A stretch of DNA of 64,000 bases from Octopus bimaculoides (lineage: Eukaryota). Shown one piece after another: positions 51,773 to 63,438 of the stretch. Both the position numbers and the translations under genes were made by a program. The stretch spans positions 54,268,401 through 54,332,400 of the forward strand of contig NC_068998.1 in NCBI RefSeq assembly GCF_001194135.2, written 5' to 3'. Position 1 is the first letter of the stretch. Each line of letters begins with the position of its first letter. The notes under the pieces are model-generated. The model was not told the DNA's origin. It did not search any database and was given only the letters and a program-made list of their open reading frames with translations.

Positions 51773-54700
51773 CTACAAAAGAAAAAAATTAAGACATGAA
51801 TATTGATTTCTTTGTTTTTAATAATTAATTATTATTTAGAGGTGTAGGTATGGTTGGGAAGCTTGCTAATGAATGTGCTAAACCAATGAGAAATGTGGCA
51901 GAGAGACAACTGTCTTAGCAAGAAATCAACAGGGAAGTGTGACACATGTCCAAAATTAAACTGACTGTTCATCCCTAAGGTCATTGCAAATTGTTAGTGT
52001 TCAACCCTAGGTTATCCAGTTCTGATCAATGAGAGGCCTACCAACCATGACCATCTTTTTGTACATCAGGGACTATGTTGTCTGTTGTAACCTTTTTCAT
52101 TTAAGATCTTGAAATGTGATCAGTGGCATATTTGACTGCTATTTCTAGCAACAACAATGCAGAGATTCGTTCATAAGCAAGATAAAGGTACTTTGACCCA
52201 TATTTCTTTTGAAATGTGCTGCTTTTGTTTCAATTAATTTTGAAAATAATTTTTTCATTATCAAGTTGGTGTTTGAACCATAAATTAACATGGAAATTTG
52301 ATTGAAAGTGTTAATTTAGGCCACTTTGAAACAAAGACTTTATATCATAGAACTAGGGGCAGCTTCACTGCTGAGATTGGTCTCAAAAGAGCTTAGAATG
52401 TTTGACAAACGGTTAGTGAGCCGATTCTATGACTAGTTTTCATTCCAGTAATATACAGAGGTAATATGGAGATAAAGTTACTTACCGGTTTCAACTTCAG
52501 CAATATCAATAACCAAGTCTTCAGAAGCTGTTGCTAACATTTTACCATCATAGCTAAAACTGAGAGTCCGTACAGGCCAGTCGAGTCTTTGAGAAAAGAG
52601 AGAGACAAAAAAACAAAAGAAATGATGTTTAGTTCCATGTCAACAGTAAGAGAATTTAAGTAACAAAAAAAAACAAAACTGGCATTCCATCAGTTACGAT
52701 GATGAGGGTTCCAGATGACCCAATCAACAGAACAGCCAGCTCATGAAATTAACATGCAAGTGGCTGAGCACTCCACAGACATGCACACCCATAACATAGT
52801 TCCCAGGGAGATTCAGTGGGACACAGCATGTGACAAGGCTGGTCCTTTTAGTTGCAGGTACAACTCATTTTTGCCAACTGAGTCAACTGGAACAGCACGA
52901 AATATATATCTTGCTCAAGGGCACAACACACTGCCAAGTATTGAACTCATGACCTTACCCTCTTGAGCCGACTACCCTAACCGTTTAGCCACATGCCTTC
53001 ACATGTAAAATAGATGGCAGGGATCAACAATAGAACATCAAGTGAATTGATGTAGCAAAAGTTTAAACAGGGAAAGAAAAAAGTTGATGCATGTTTGTGA
53101 CTCCTTATCATGATACTGCATGGTAGTTGTAAATGAGAGTCACTGTTATACAAGCAGTGTCATTCATTTCCAATATTCTATGGAAAACATGTCTAGCCAT
53201 GGGAAAATATTATCTTTTCTAGGAAACATGTGAGGGTTGGCAACAGAAAGAGCATCTGGCTGTAGAAAATCTGCGACAACAAACTCTGTCCAACATACTT
53301 GCAAACATGGAAAACTGGACGTTAAAACGATGAATAACACTTTCAAAAAGTTAATCTGGATTGCCCCGAGTGGAGGAAATAAGAATACATTAGATAAAGT
53401 TGGTTGTGTAGACACTCACCTAGCAAATGTTCGGACACACACTAACTGGTCAACGTCCCAAAGACTGACCAAAGCGTCTGCACTTCCAGTAGCAAAATAC
53501 GATCCTGTGGGGTCAAACTCGATGCAAATACAATTAGCTGGGTGGGCATTTAAGACATACTGCAATTTTAAATCAGGATAGCTGAAAAAGTAAAAGAAAA
53601 ACAATTCATCACATAAAAAGAAATTGAAAATAGTCTTTGATTTTTAATAACATCTCTTTTCTACACAAGCATGGAATGATAACATTCTGAGTTTTTGATA
53701 TTGTTTACACCACATCTATAACAGAGAGAGCTGCTTGTTAATTAGGTATGTAACAATTGCTAAAACTACTAAAAGAAAGCAATATTAAAAAGCTTGACCG
53801 TCTGGAAATATTTTTATAAATTCGTGTTCTAACAAATTTCCTATAATTTAGATTTCATCATCATCATCATTGTTTAACGTTCTAAGAAAAAGAAAGAGGA
53901 GGAGGAAAAGAAGACAAAGCAGAAGATCTGTTCAATCAGGGCTAACCTGGGGCTAAACAACATTTTGCCAAGGCAAATATCCTTTAAATGATACCTAAGT
54001 ATCCTGAAGACTGGAAACAGACACTGGACAATGTAGTCTATTATGTAAAAAGACAAGATGGTCATGGTTGGAACACCTTTGAAAAATGGTCAAAAGCTGA
54101 ACTGTAGCTAAACAACAACAGCTTATTGACCGAGTCACCTATAACTTGCATCTTTAAAACTACCAGGGCAGATATTTAAAGAATAACAATGATTACCTAA
54201 GAATGTGGATGCTTCCTTGACCACTGGTTAAGAAGAATAAATCTCCTTCGTTGTTCCACGAGATTTCATTCACTTCAAACTTGAATTGCTCTTCAGCTCG
54301 AGAACGGTGTGTACGGGCATCGATAAATGTGACGAGATCCTCTTTGTTTCCAACGGCGATAGTGCTGCCATCTGGTGACCAGCAGATGTTTATATTCTCA
54401 CCTGAAACATATTTGTATCATCTAAATAATCTGCTGTAATATTGAAAACAACGCAAAGATAACTACAGTGAAACCTTGGTTGACAAACGACTCCTATGAA
54501 CAATTTTTCAAACGTAAAACCTCTCAGGTGATGAACAGCGTATTCAATAATGAGCATGCAGGCAGGTAACAGTGGTTCGCAACAAACTGGGAGTATCAGC
54601 AGGGGAGAGTTAGTTGCTTTTACTCAGTGCACATCCCTGCTTGAATTCACCATGCATTCTCTTGAATTTCCTAGCTTTTTATTTGCAAACAGCCTTCAAG

Positions 54701-57700
54701 AACAAACTAGATTCATGAACCAAGGTTCCATTGTATCTTACTTTATTTTCTTATTTAGGCATAGGTGTGGCTGTGTGATTAAGAAGCTTGCTTCCTAACC
54801 ATGTGGTTTTGGGTTCGGCCCCACTGCTTGGCACCTTGAGCAAATGCCTACTACTATAGCCCTGAACTGGCCAAAGCCTTGTGAGTGGATCTGGTAGATG
54901 GAAACTAAAAGAAGCCCAACATATATGTGCATACGTGTGTGGGTGTGCTTGTGTGCATCCATGTAAACAAGCATCAGCATCATACACGTGATGCTGTTTG
55001 TTTCCAGTCACCCATGAAGAACATTTGGCCATGGGAAATATTATTCCCTTGTTTGGAAACAGGTAAAGGTTGGTGAGAGGAAGAGCATCCAGTTGCAGAA
55101 AATCCACCTCAATAAATTCTGCCTGACCCATGCCAGCATGATGACAAATTTAACAGCTGAGACTTTGATGTAAATATGAAAGTTGACTAAGAAACTTTTA
55201 AATCAAAATCAAACATTTTAAAGCAAAGTCATTACCATTATCATCATCATCATCATCATTATAATCGTCTGTTTTCATATCAGCATGGTTTATATTAGAC
55301 TTATTGAAGCAGTCTTCTACAGCCAGATGCCCTTCCTGATGCCTCACAGGTAAACTACTTCATTCCACATCTTCACATGACAAAACCACTGAGCTGTTGC
55401 ACTTGTTGGTTGTGCAGGATAAGCACCACCACCACCGCTGTCAAATAGTGTCAATGGAAAGACACAGACATATGCACATGTGTGTGTGTGCACCAGGCTT
55501 CCTTTAGCGTCTACTCAGCTTGGTCAAGCCAAATAAGCTTTAATAGAAGATGCTTACCCAGAATGCTAGGCAGTAAGATTGAACCAGAAACCACACGGTT
55601 GCAAAGTGAACTTCTAAACCAGACAGATACAAAATATGTCATGCTGCATTTGAGTGATATGATATGTTTATAAGCCTACCTCTGGTGTTGACGGTGGCAA
55701 CAGATTTATTGATACGAGCATCCCAGATGCGAACTGTTTTATCTCCACTGGCTGTAACAAGATGGTCTGGATTGCTTGGATGCCAACACAACTGATCAAC
55801 ACTGTCTCCATGGCCACGGAATGTGAAGTCTTTATTCTAAAATAAATATAACACAGAAAATTTACTGTTTGTGAACATGCACATACAGACATATAAGGAG
55901 ACAATCTCAGTCTCTCTCTCTCTCTCTCTTTATCTATCTCACACACACACACACACACACGTGGTTACTCTTTCCCTGTTTTGGAATCACATGATAGTTG
56001 TAAAAAGTGCATCACTGTCATTATATGTTGTTCATTTCCAATCTTCCACGAAAACATGTTTGGCCATGGGAAAGCCACTTAGAAAGCACCTGGTATACTG
56101 TGAGGTGGTTGGCATTAGGAAAGACATCCATGCCAAAAAACAGAATTGAGAACTGGTGCCACACTTCAGCTTGACAACTCCTGTCAAACTGTCTGACCCA
56201 TGCCAGCATGGAAAACAGGCGTATGATGATAATGATAATCACATACAGATACGAACACACACACACACATACATACGTGGCTGTGTGGAAGCCCTATGGC
56301 GGAAGGGGGGGTCTGTCCCCACCCTGCTCCTTGACTACTGGTGTTGGTTTGTCTTTACCCTCGTAACTTAGCGGTTCGGCAGAAGACTGTTATAGAATAA
56401 GTATCAGACTTTTAAAAAAAATTAAGAACTGGGGTCGATCTGTTCGACTGAAACCATTTATGCTGGTCGTGCCCCTGCATGGACGCAGCTCAATGCGTAA
56501 ATTCCGTTGCATTGTCAATAAGCGCACCCACGAGTTATTTCCCTTTAATAAACGCCAGGAAAAGGTTTATCCAGGTTTTACACACACACACACACACACA
56601 CACACGCGCGCGTGTGTGTGTTTGTGGAATAAAAAAGGGTATTTCATAAATTATCTTCGAAATTTCTAATACTGAATCTAAAACTAGTTCAAATAGTCGC
56701 TTCATGTTGTCTGTAACGTTCCATAAATTCTAATTTGCAATTAAGCTAAAGACACGGTCCACCGAATTAAATTTGTATCAACCAAAAAGATTTCACGAAG
56801 TTCCCAGAGCCAAATTATTAGACAGACAAAATGCCACTAAGTATTTTGGTCCTGAAGTATTTGTTAACGATCCTACCAGAATATCAGACAAAATGCTTAG
56901 CGGTATTTCGTCTGTCTTTATATTTTTGAGTTCAAATATCGGCGAGGTCGACTTTGTCTTTCATCTTTTCGGGAGTCAATGAAAAACCAGTCGAGCAGTG
57001 GTGGTCCCACACCAACAAATTACTGGCCTTGTGCCGATAGCAAAAATTTACCAAAACGACTACTATTACTACTGCTACTATTTTTATTTCGAATCACTAT
57101 TATTCGGTGCCACACATTACAGGATTCAAATCATTCGAAGGTTGTTAAAATAACAATAACACACATCTAAGAAATATCTTTGTTGTCAGAGCCTTCACAC
57201 ATTATTAAGAAACATGAATATTGTTCCGGAGAAGCGATTCGATCTCAAGACCGACGCTTGAAACTAAAATACGGAATGGAAAGCGATACAGTCACGCAAA
57301 AAAATGTACACAGACTGTTAACTTCACTTAGACATTTATTATTTGGTGTCAGAAATTTCGTGGCACCAATTACAATTTGGTCACTGACAAAGTTTCATTG
57401 GATGGAAAGAAATAAACATGCAGCGATTTGACTCGTCAGCCGGTTCATATTCCTACTTAAAACCCTTACACTTCACTTGTGCTGTTTATATTTATGACAA
57501 AGCTATAACTACGATATGTTACCATTCTATTTCACTAAAAATAAACGTTTTTATGTCTTAGGTTAACCAGAAATAAATGTTAATAGTTTTGCAAGTGAAA
57601 AGGCGGCTGTACAAATGTCGTTTGCCATTGGGAAATAATTGTTTAAATTAGCAAGAATTGAGAAACATATTGAAGGACTTTTGTTGGAATATCTAATATA

Positions 57701-58020
57701 AACAATTTTTTGTGGAATAATTATCTGTATTGCCTCAAATTATTTCAATTTTTCGAATAAACTTGCCAAACCTGAAAGTGTATCCAACATGTGACGATGG
57801 AAGAACGAAATATTACTATTGTTTAAAGCCGGTTCTAACTTACCAAACGGTCTCTGTCCAAGCTGAATATACTAACAGTCTTATCAAATGATCCCGATGC
57901 TAACTTCCGACCATCACAACTCCAGGCCACTGAGTGAACTTTGGCAGAATGAGCCAAAATGTCTTTAATTTTGTCGCAGTTCTTAAATACATCTTGAAGG
58001 TTTTCAATGTAAGCCGCCAT
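51615..58020 (-). CDS. THOC3: THO complex subunit 3 (WD40 protein, TEX1 homolog), complete gene span, 6 coding exons, 960 nt / 319 aa
   Basis: join(58020-57844, 55836-55680, 54401-54197, 53581-53420, 52586-52486, 51772-51615). All introns are GT-AG, with phases 0,1,2,2,1. The protein aligns by eye to THOC3 throughout. Confidence 0.96.
52486..52586 (-). CDS. THOC3: THOC3 exon 5
   Basis: (R)LDWPVRTLSFSYDGKMLATASEDLVIDIAEVET(G); acceptor tctcaaag|, donor |gtaagt. Confidence 0.95.
52680..52992 (-). mobile_element. tRNA-derived SINE (family D) in THOC3 intron 4
   Basis: Minus-strand head gaaggcatgtggctaaacggttagggtagtcggctc..gagttcaatacttggc..gtgcccttgagcaaga plus a distinct central domain shared with 31915-32065. 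Confidence 0.7.
53420..53581 (-). CDS. THOC3: THOC3 exon 4
   Basis: (S)YPDLKLQYVLNAHPANCICIEFDPTGSYFATGSADALVSLWDVDQLVCVRTFA(R); acceptor tttttcag|, donor |gtgagt. Confidence 0.96.
54197..54401 (-). CDS. THOC3: THOC3 exon 3
   Basis: (G)ENINICWSPDGSTIAVGNKEDLVTFIDARTHRSRAEEQFKFEVNEISWNNEGDLFFLTSGQGSIHIL(S); acceptor tgtttcag|, donor |gtaatc. Confidence 0.96.
55680..55836 (-). CDS. THOC3: THOC3 exon 2
   Basis: NKDFTFRGHGDSVDQLCWHPSNPDHLVTASGDKTVRIWDARINKSVATVNTR(G); acceptor tattttag|, donor |gtaggc. Confidence 0.96.
57844..58020 (-). CDS. THOC3: THOC3 exon 1 (coding part)
   Basis: MAAYIENLQDVFKNCDKIKDILAHSAKVHSVAWSCDGRKLASGSFDKTVSIFSLDRDRL; start aaaATGG, donor |gtaagt. Confidence 0.95.
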
Positions 58021-58059
58021 TTTGAGAACGAGGCTAACAACGTTCAACATCGAAGCCGG

Positions 58060-58200
58060 TTGCAACTTACACTAAACCATGTTCTACATCGTAGCCAGTG
58101 TATAAAAATAAAAAAAAACACCCCCATCACCAACTTCGTTGATGAGGCTTAATAGTACTGAAACTCAGTAATCACGGAACAGCCAATCATTAGATGAACC
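58060..58200 (-). promoter_or_regulatory. Probable THOC3 proximal promoter
   Basis: CpG-containing unique DNA just upstream of the ATG, with AGCCAATCA (CCAAT box) at 58181-58189. Confidence 0.45.
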
Positions 58201-61200
58201 CTTCCACTTCTGCATTTTATCATTAAATCAATTTTAATTAAATTTCAGAGTAGTCTCCCCTGACTTTTTTTTTAAATCCCAATTAAAGTTTGTGGTTTAA
58301 TGATTTTGTTCCCATCACTAAAATTGTAATTTTAATAAATCAAAACTCTTATCTTACTACATGAAGAATGCTAGCATCTACTTTATTATCCAGTATATAC
58401 AAATCACAGAACGTGTATGTATATTGACCAAGACATACATTTCCAAAATTTTCAATCAACTTCCACCAAACTTTACCCACACATTATTTATGTCCCCAGG
58501 ATGGTCATGCACTATAACAGTTTACCCAGAGCTCCTGCGTAAATGGACAAACCAGAAAAAACGGTGGTTTACATGGGTTTTTCTCTAATTCCTTGTATAT
58601 TCATAGTTTGTTGTATGTAGGGTCTTCTAACCTTTTTTTATGTAGATGGTTGTATATTGGCATCAGAGAAAATTTTTTAGGGGTTTTCATATATTTGATT
58701 TATTCTTTATTTATATGTTCTAATTGTGTATTATTACTTGGTTAGGGAATATTATAAAAGTGAAAGGATTTTGTTTATTTATTTATTTATTTAGACTGTC
58801 CACCTGCAACGGTGATTGAATTGACTAGGAACACTGTACGCAATGAATATCCAACACCAAACAATCTTAATCTCCTTATTTAAATTGCATTAAACTTTGG
58901 CAAGCTTACCTTTACCTATTCTGAGTTACTTGAAAGGTGATGTTCCGTTCTCTCTCTTCTGTTTGTTGATACCTTTGTTTACCTACCAATGTGTTGTTTC
59001 ACTTTAAGGATGCTTATTTACCCATCCATTATGATATTTTGAATGCAACATCTATTCAAAATAGTATTCGTGAACTGAAGTCAAACTCTTTAGGTCTTCA
59101 TTTTTCATTACCTGAAGTCCATTTCAGAGTGGTCGTACACTGTAAGCACACATCAAATCCATTCCTTTAACTCTACTTTTTCAAGTAGGTATTATATTGC
59201 CATTTTTGAACATACCAATCATACTTCTCTCCAGAAAAATAGCTCTATTGCTGTTGAATAAAATAAACTTGCAGAGGGCAAGTTTAAACCGTCTTCCTTC
59301 AATTTCCTTACACCGTTTATGGGGTTGTTTCTGACAAGAAATTTCGCTTTCATGTAAAACATTCTGGGGTACACCCTTAAAAGGCTTCAGTGGAATGCAT
59401 TGACCCCAGTCTGGTACTTATTCTGTTGGTCCTTTGGGCTGGACTGCTGCCATGGGGACATAAACAAACCAACACTGATTGTCAAGTAGTGGTGGGAAAA
59501 GACAACAGAAACACAAAGACGTACACGTATGCAGACATATGTGTGATGAGCTTCCTCATAGTTTTCCTGACCAAATTCATTCACAAGGCATTGGTTGATC
59601 CAGTGGTGTAGTAGCAGACACTTGCCCAAGGTGCCATGCAATGGGATTGAACCTGAAACCATATGGTTGCTAAGGAAGCCAGCCAGCCAGGCCTGCTCAA
59701 GTTTTTTTCCCTTGTTGCTTCTGTTTTGTGGTTTTGGGAATGGATCCCAAATTAGTAAGGCTGGTTTCTTGACCAGGAAACAGAAATCCTATGACCGTAC
59801 TTACTCCAAACACCATTTCACTCAGCCTGCATCCATCAAAGGGAACCACAAACAACAACACCAGATGTCATCACTAATCTATTCAAGTCTACCAGGTTCA
59901 CAACTGATTTTCATGTTCAATGCTCAGGTAATGGTCCAACATGAAAACAGTCACTACAGTCTGTAAATTGATTAGTGAATGGCATCAAGCTGTAGAAAGC
60001 AGGCCAAAACAGACAATGGAATCTGGTGCAGCTCTGGGCCTTGTCAGCTATTGTCAAACTGTCCGACCCATGCCAGCATGATGAGATTGCTAAGAAGTTA
60101 GATTTCCTGCATAAGTCTTTACAACAAGCTCTCAGTGATAAATTATTTCTCGTATCACTTTTGTTAGATTCAAAGTAGTTACCAAGTTTATCAAGTTTAT
60201 TAAAGAAAAAAAATGAAACCCTTGAGATACAATGGAATTATTTAACCAATTTATTTGGCATGAAGTACCAAAGTAGATGTAACTAGGACCAGGATGAAAA
60301 GCTCATTAATCGTATCTTCCTGTTATCATTGGGAAGGTGTTGATAATGTGGATTTAATTTTAATTAAAACACCACAAACGATATCTCTTTTAACTCACTT
60401 CTGACTCATGGTCATTGACATTCTAACCGTGACCATATATCCTTGTATCAAAAATAGTGAATGTTCCAACTATATTATTCAAAATATTCTTTTGCTAAAG
60501 ACAGTGCTGTGACTTGAGGGAGATCTGGCTGCTATTTTAGCAGAATGAATGAAGAATCATGTAGCAGTTTCTCTGAAGTCTTTCTTTTAAGATGAAATCT
60601 GAAACTTTATTTTTTAAATCCTACAACTGCAAACATTTGTTCATTTACTGGCTGAGGAATGGTTTCACTTTTACTATGTGTGTTTAGCCAATCACACATT
60701 TTGTCTGACCAAGAACTTTAGCCATTTAGAAATTGATAGTCTTCCAGTCACTTTTTGGTAATTTGAAAAGAAAACTACTGAAAGCCTCAGTCCCTTTGTC
60801 TTAACTCAGTTATTAACAACCATGGTAGACTGTCTCCTGATTTGGTTCTCTCTGTCTCTCCCAGCTGGATTTTAGCCATGCTCTAACATTAACAAATTTA
60901 TATCAATTTAAACACAAAAACATCTGTTGTTTCTGCTCCTCTTTACACATTGACAAGTAATTATCTGCATGCCTGTGCTTGGCTTATCTCCCTTAGTGAT
61001 CTCATAAGCTCTCCATATCCATAACTGCATTAGAAACACTAGCTTTCCATTTCAGGGCCAGAATGGGTGGAGTTTCGTATTTCCTTGATATGTGAGGTGA
61101 TTGGGTCTTTGAGCTAAAGGTTTGGTAAGAGGCATTTAGGTTGCAAATGGATGGCATTTGGTTGTGGATGGTTATGGATAAAGACAATGTCATCATTGAC

Positions 61201-61527
61201 AATGTAAAATGAGAAAATATATATTTTAAGTTCTATAACATATTATCCAATGAACTGTGTGAAACATGGAGGTAACAATGCACATCCTCACAACAACAAA
61301 TTTGTTAACGTTGCTTTGATTGACTTCGTAAATTAAGATCAAATATATTCATATCAAATTCAGTCCAATCTCAAATTTGTATTCCCATCTATATCGTATG
61401 CAATTAATAATTGTATTAGTAAACCAACAAGAGCAGAAGAGCTCTATTTTTTGTTGGCATGCAGGGAATAAACAGGTAATGTATGTGTGTGTGTACATAT
61501 AAATATATATATTAAAAGGTAATCTTT

Positions 61528-61790
61528 CCAGTTTTATATTTAAGAGATGAGGAATTATGTACATTTTTTACATTTGATGGATATTTGTCCTCATCTTGTT
61601 TGTTGTTAACACAACGTTTTGGCTGATACACCCTCCCGTCTTCATCAGGTGTCTTGGGGAAATTTCGAACCTGGGTTCTCATTCCTAAGGTATCTTTTGA
61701 TGTTATTATTATTCAGGTCACTGCCTGGAATTGATCTTGGAATCTTGGGGTTAGTAGCCCGCGCCTTTAACCACTATGCCATATGCCTGT
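61528..61790 (-). mobile_element. tRNA-headed hammerhead retroposon, copy 2 (left arm of inverted dimer)
   Basis: High similarity to 17387-17621 in the same orientation. Hammerhead at 61608-61653 has G12>A (AAAA for GAAA) and stem II mismatches. The left 28 nt are assigned to the element by inference. Confidence 0.85.
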
Positions 61791-61791
61791 G

Positions 61792-62029
61792 GGCATAGTG
61801 GTTAAGAGCGCGGGCTACTAACCCCAACATTCAAAGATCGATTCCAGGCAGTGACCTGAATAATAATAATAATAATTACATCAAAAAATACCTTAGAAAT
61901 GAGAACCCAGGTTTGAAATTTCCCCCAAGACACCTGATGAAAGCTGGAGGGTATATCAGCTGAAATATTGTGTTAACAACAAACAAGATGAGGACAAATA
62001 TCCGTCAAATGTAAATAATGTAAATTGTG
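61792..62029 (+). mobile_element. tRNA-headed hammerhead retroposon, copy 3 (right arm of inverted dimer)
   Basis: ggcatagtggttaagagcgcgggctactaaccccaac..atcgattccaggcagtgacctgaa(taa)n..gagaacccaggtttgaaatttcccccaagacacctgatga..; reverse complement of copy 2. Confidence 0.85.
61929..61974 (+). ncRNA. Minimal type I hammerhead ribozyme motif with intact core
   Basis: Stem I GACAC (61929-33)/GTGTT (61970-74); CTGATGA at 61934-40; stem II AGCTG (61942-46)/CAGCT (61957-61); GAAA at 61962-65; palindromic stem III AATATT; predicted cleavage 3' of T61969 (AUU). Confidence 0.7.
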
Positions 62030-62609
62030 AAGGTAATCTTTGTATTCAACTTAATATGGATGACTTGTTAGAACACCAAATACTGCGTTATTACTCTTGA
62101 GAGACCCCCCCACCTCATATAGGTGCTTTTGCAACCATAATATACTACTAAGTATATTGCAAGTTTATAAGTCAATATTGTGTCTTCATTTTGTGTTAGC
62201 AGTGTGATATTCTCATTTCTAAGTTTATCTCTGTAGATTTCCCATAGAATTCAAAGCCAATACTGTAAGTTATGACATGTTGTAAACGAATACAAATAAT
62301 AAGTACATACAAGTTGCCAGTAATGTGATCGATTTGTAGATTGGTTAATCCAATTGTGTTACACTGCTAAATTTGGTGAGTGTTTAGACAATGTGTACGT
62401 GGATAGTTAATGGGTTGGATGTAGCACTGATGACAGGACAATAACTCTTCCTCATGGTTGAAAGGGCCAGTCTGTTGCATGGTGACCCGTTTACAGTTGA
62501 GTGGACTGAATTAAAGTGTTTTGCTCACTGCTTGGTCCTGGAATCAAACCCATGATCACTACATCATGACTGTAACATCCTGAGCATTGGGCCATGCACC
62601 CTCATGTAC

Positions 62610-62659
<50 letters not shown>

Positions 62660-62870
62660 GTTAGTAGACTTAGCGGTTGGAATAACCATCTATCTCCATT
62701 TTACTACTGGCATAAATTATCTATTTTAACCCTGGGCAAACATATGCAAGCATATTATGCTCAGATGATACAGGCAGTAACAAAAATAAACAAGAGTTTA
62801 TCAGGAATCAAATTTAAATTAAGCAGAAAATGGAGAAATTCTTGATCAACAACAAAATTGACTAACATCG

Positions 62871-63015
62871 ATTATTTTTTAATACAAACTTTATCCCATC
62901 TAACAGCCATTCCTGCTTCCAATGTCCTACAGCACTGCCAAAGCAAATTTCTTTTGGCAGTGCTGTGGGGCATTGGAAGCTGTTAGATGGGATAAAGTTT
63001 TGTATAAAAAATAAT
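62871..63015. repeat. 145-nt fold-back inverted repeat
   Basis: attatttttt..ctttatcccatctaacagc..gcttccaatgtcctacagcactgccaaag-caaattt-cttttggcagtgctgtggggcattggaagctgttagatgggataaag..aaaaaataat. Confidence 0.85.
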
Positions 63016-63319
63016 GATAACCCTCGTTATTTTCATACTGCTAATTATTACTCTTACAAGGTCATTGACTGTTCATTTTATGATTTATGCTTAAAACAAA
63101 TATTTTTCTGGTGTTCCTGTAATTTATTTCATCTTTATTGTTCTGATTTCAGAGTGTCATTATGCCAACGATAACACCCACATAGTTCTTGAGTTTCGAG
63201 GTTGGTTCCAAAAGGCAAAGTGAGTTCAGAGACGGTTGATCAAAGAAGACACTTTGGGGGAAATTTCTGCTCATAAACCAACACCCTGAAGAATATTGTA
63301 GTCCATGATGTCTTCAAAT

Positions 63320-63438
63320 TCAATTCAACTGATGATCTCCATCCTTGTTTTGGAGAAATGTAGTCATTGATCTTGGTGGCTGTGATGGGTGGTTCCTTGG
63401 TGGAATGGTTAACAGAAGGAATGAAATGCCAAATGTAA
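63320..63438 (-). other. Possible terminal coding exon of an unidentified gene entering from the right
   Basis: Acceptor ttatttcacag| then (x)TFGISFLLLTIPPRNHPSQPPRSMTTFLQNKDGDHQLN*. No homology recognised. Confidence 0.2.

Noticed and set aside
55805-55818. X-box-like GTCTCCATGGCCAC
   Set aside because: Lies within THOC3 coding exon 2 and is explained by codons.
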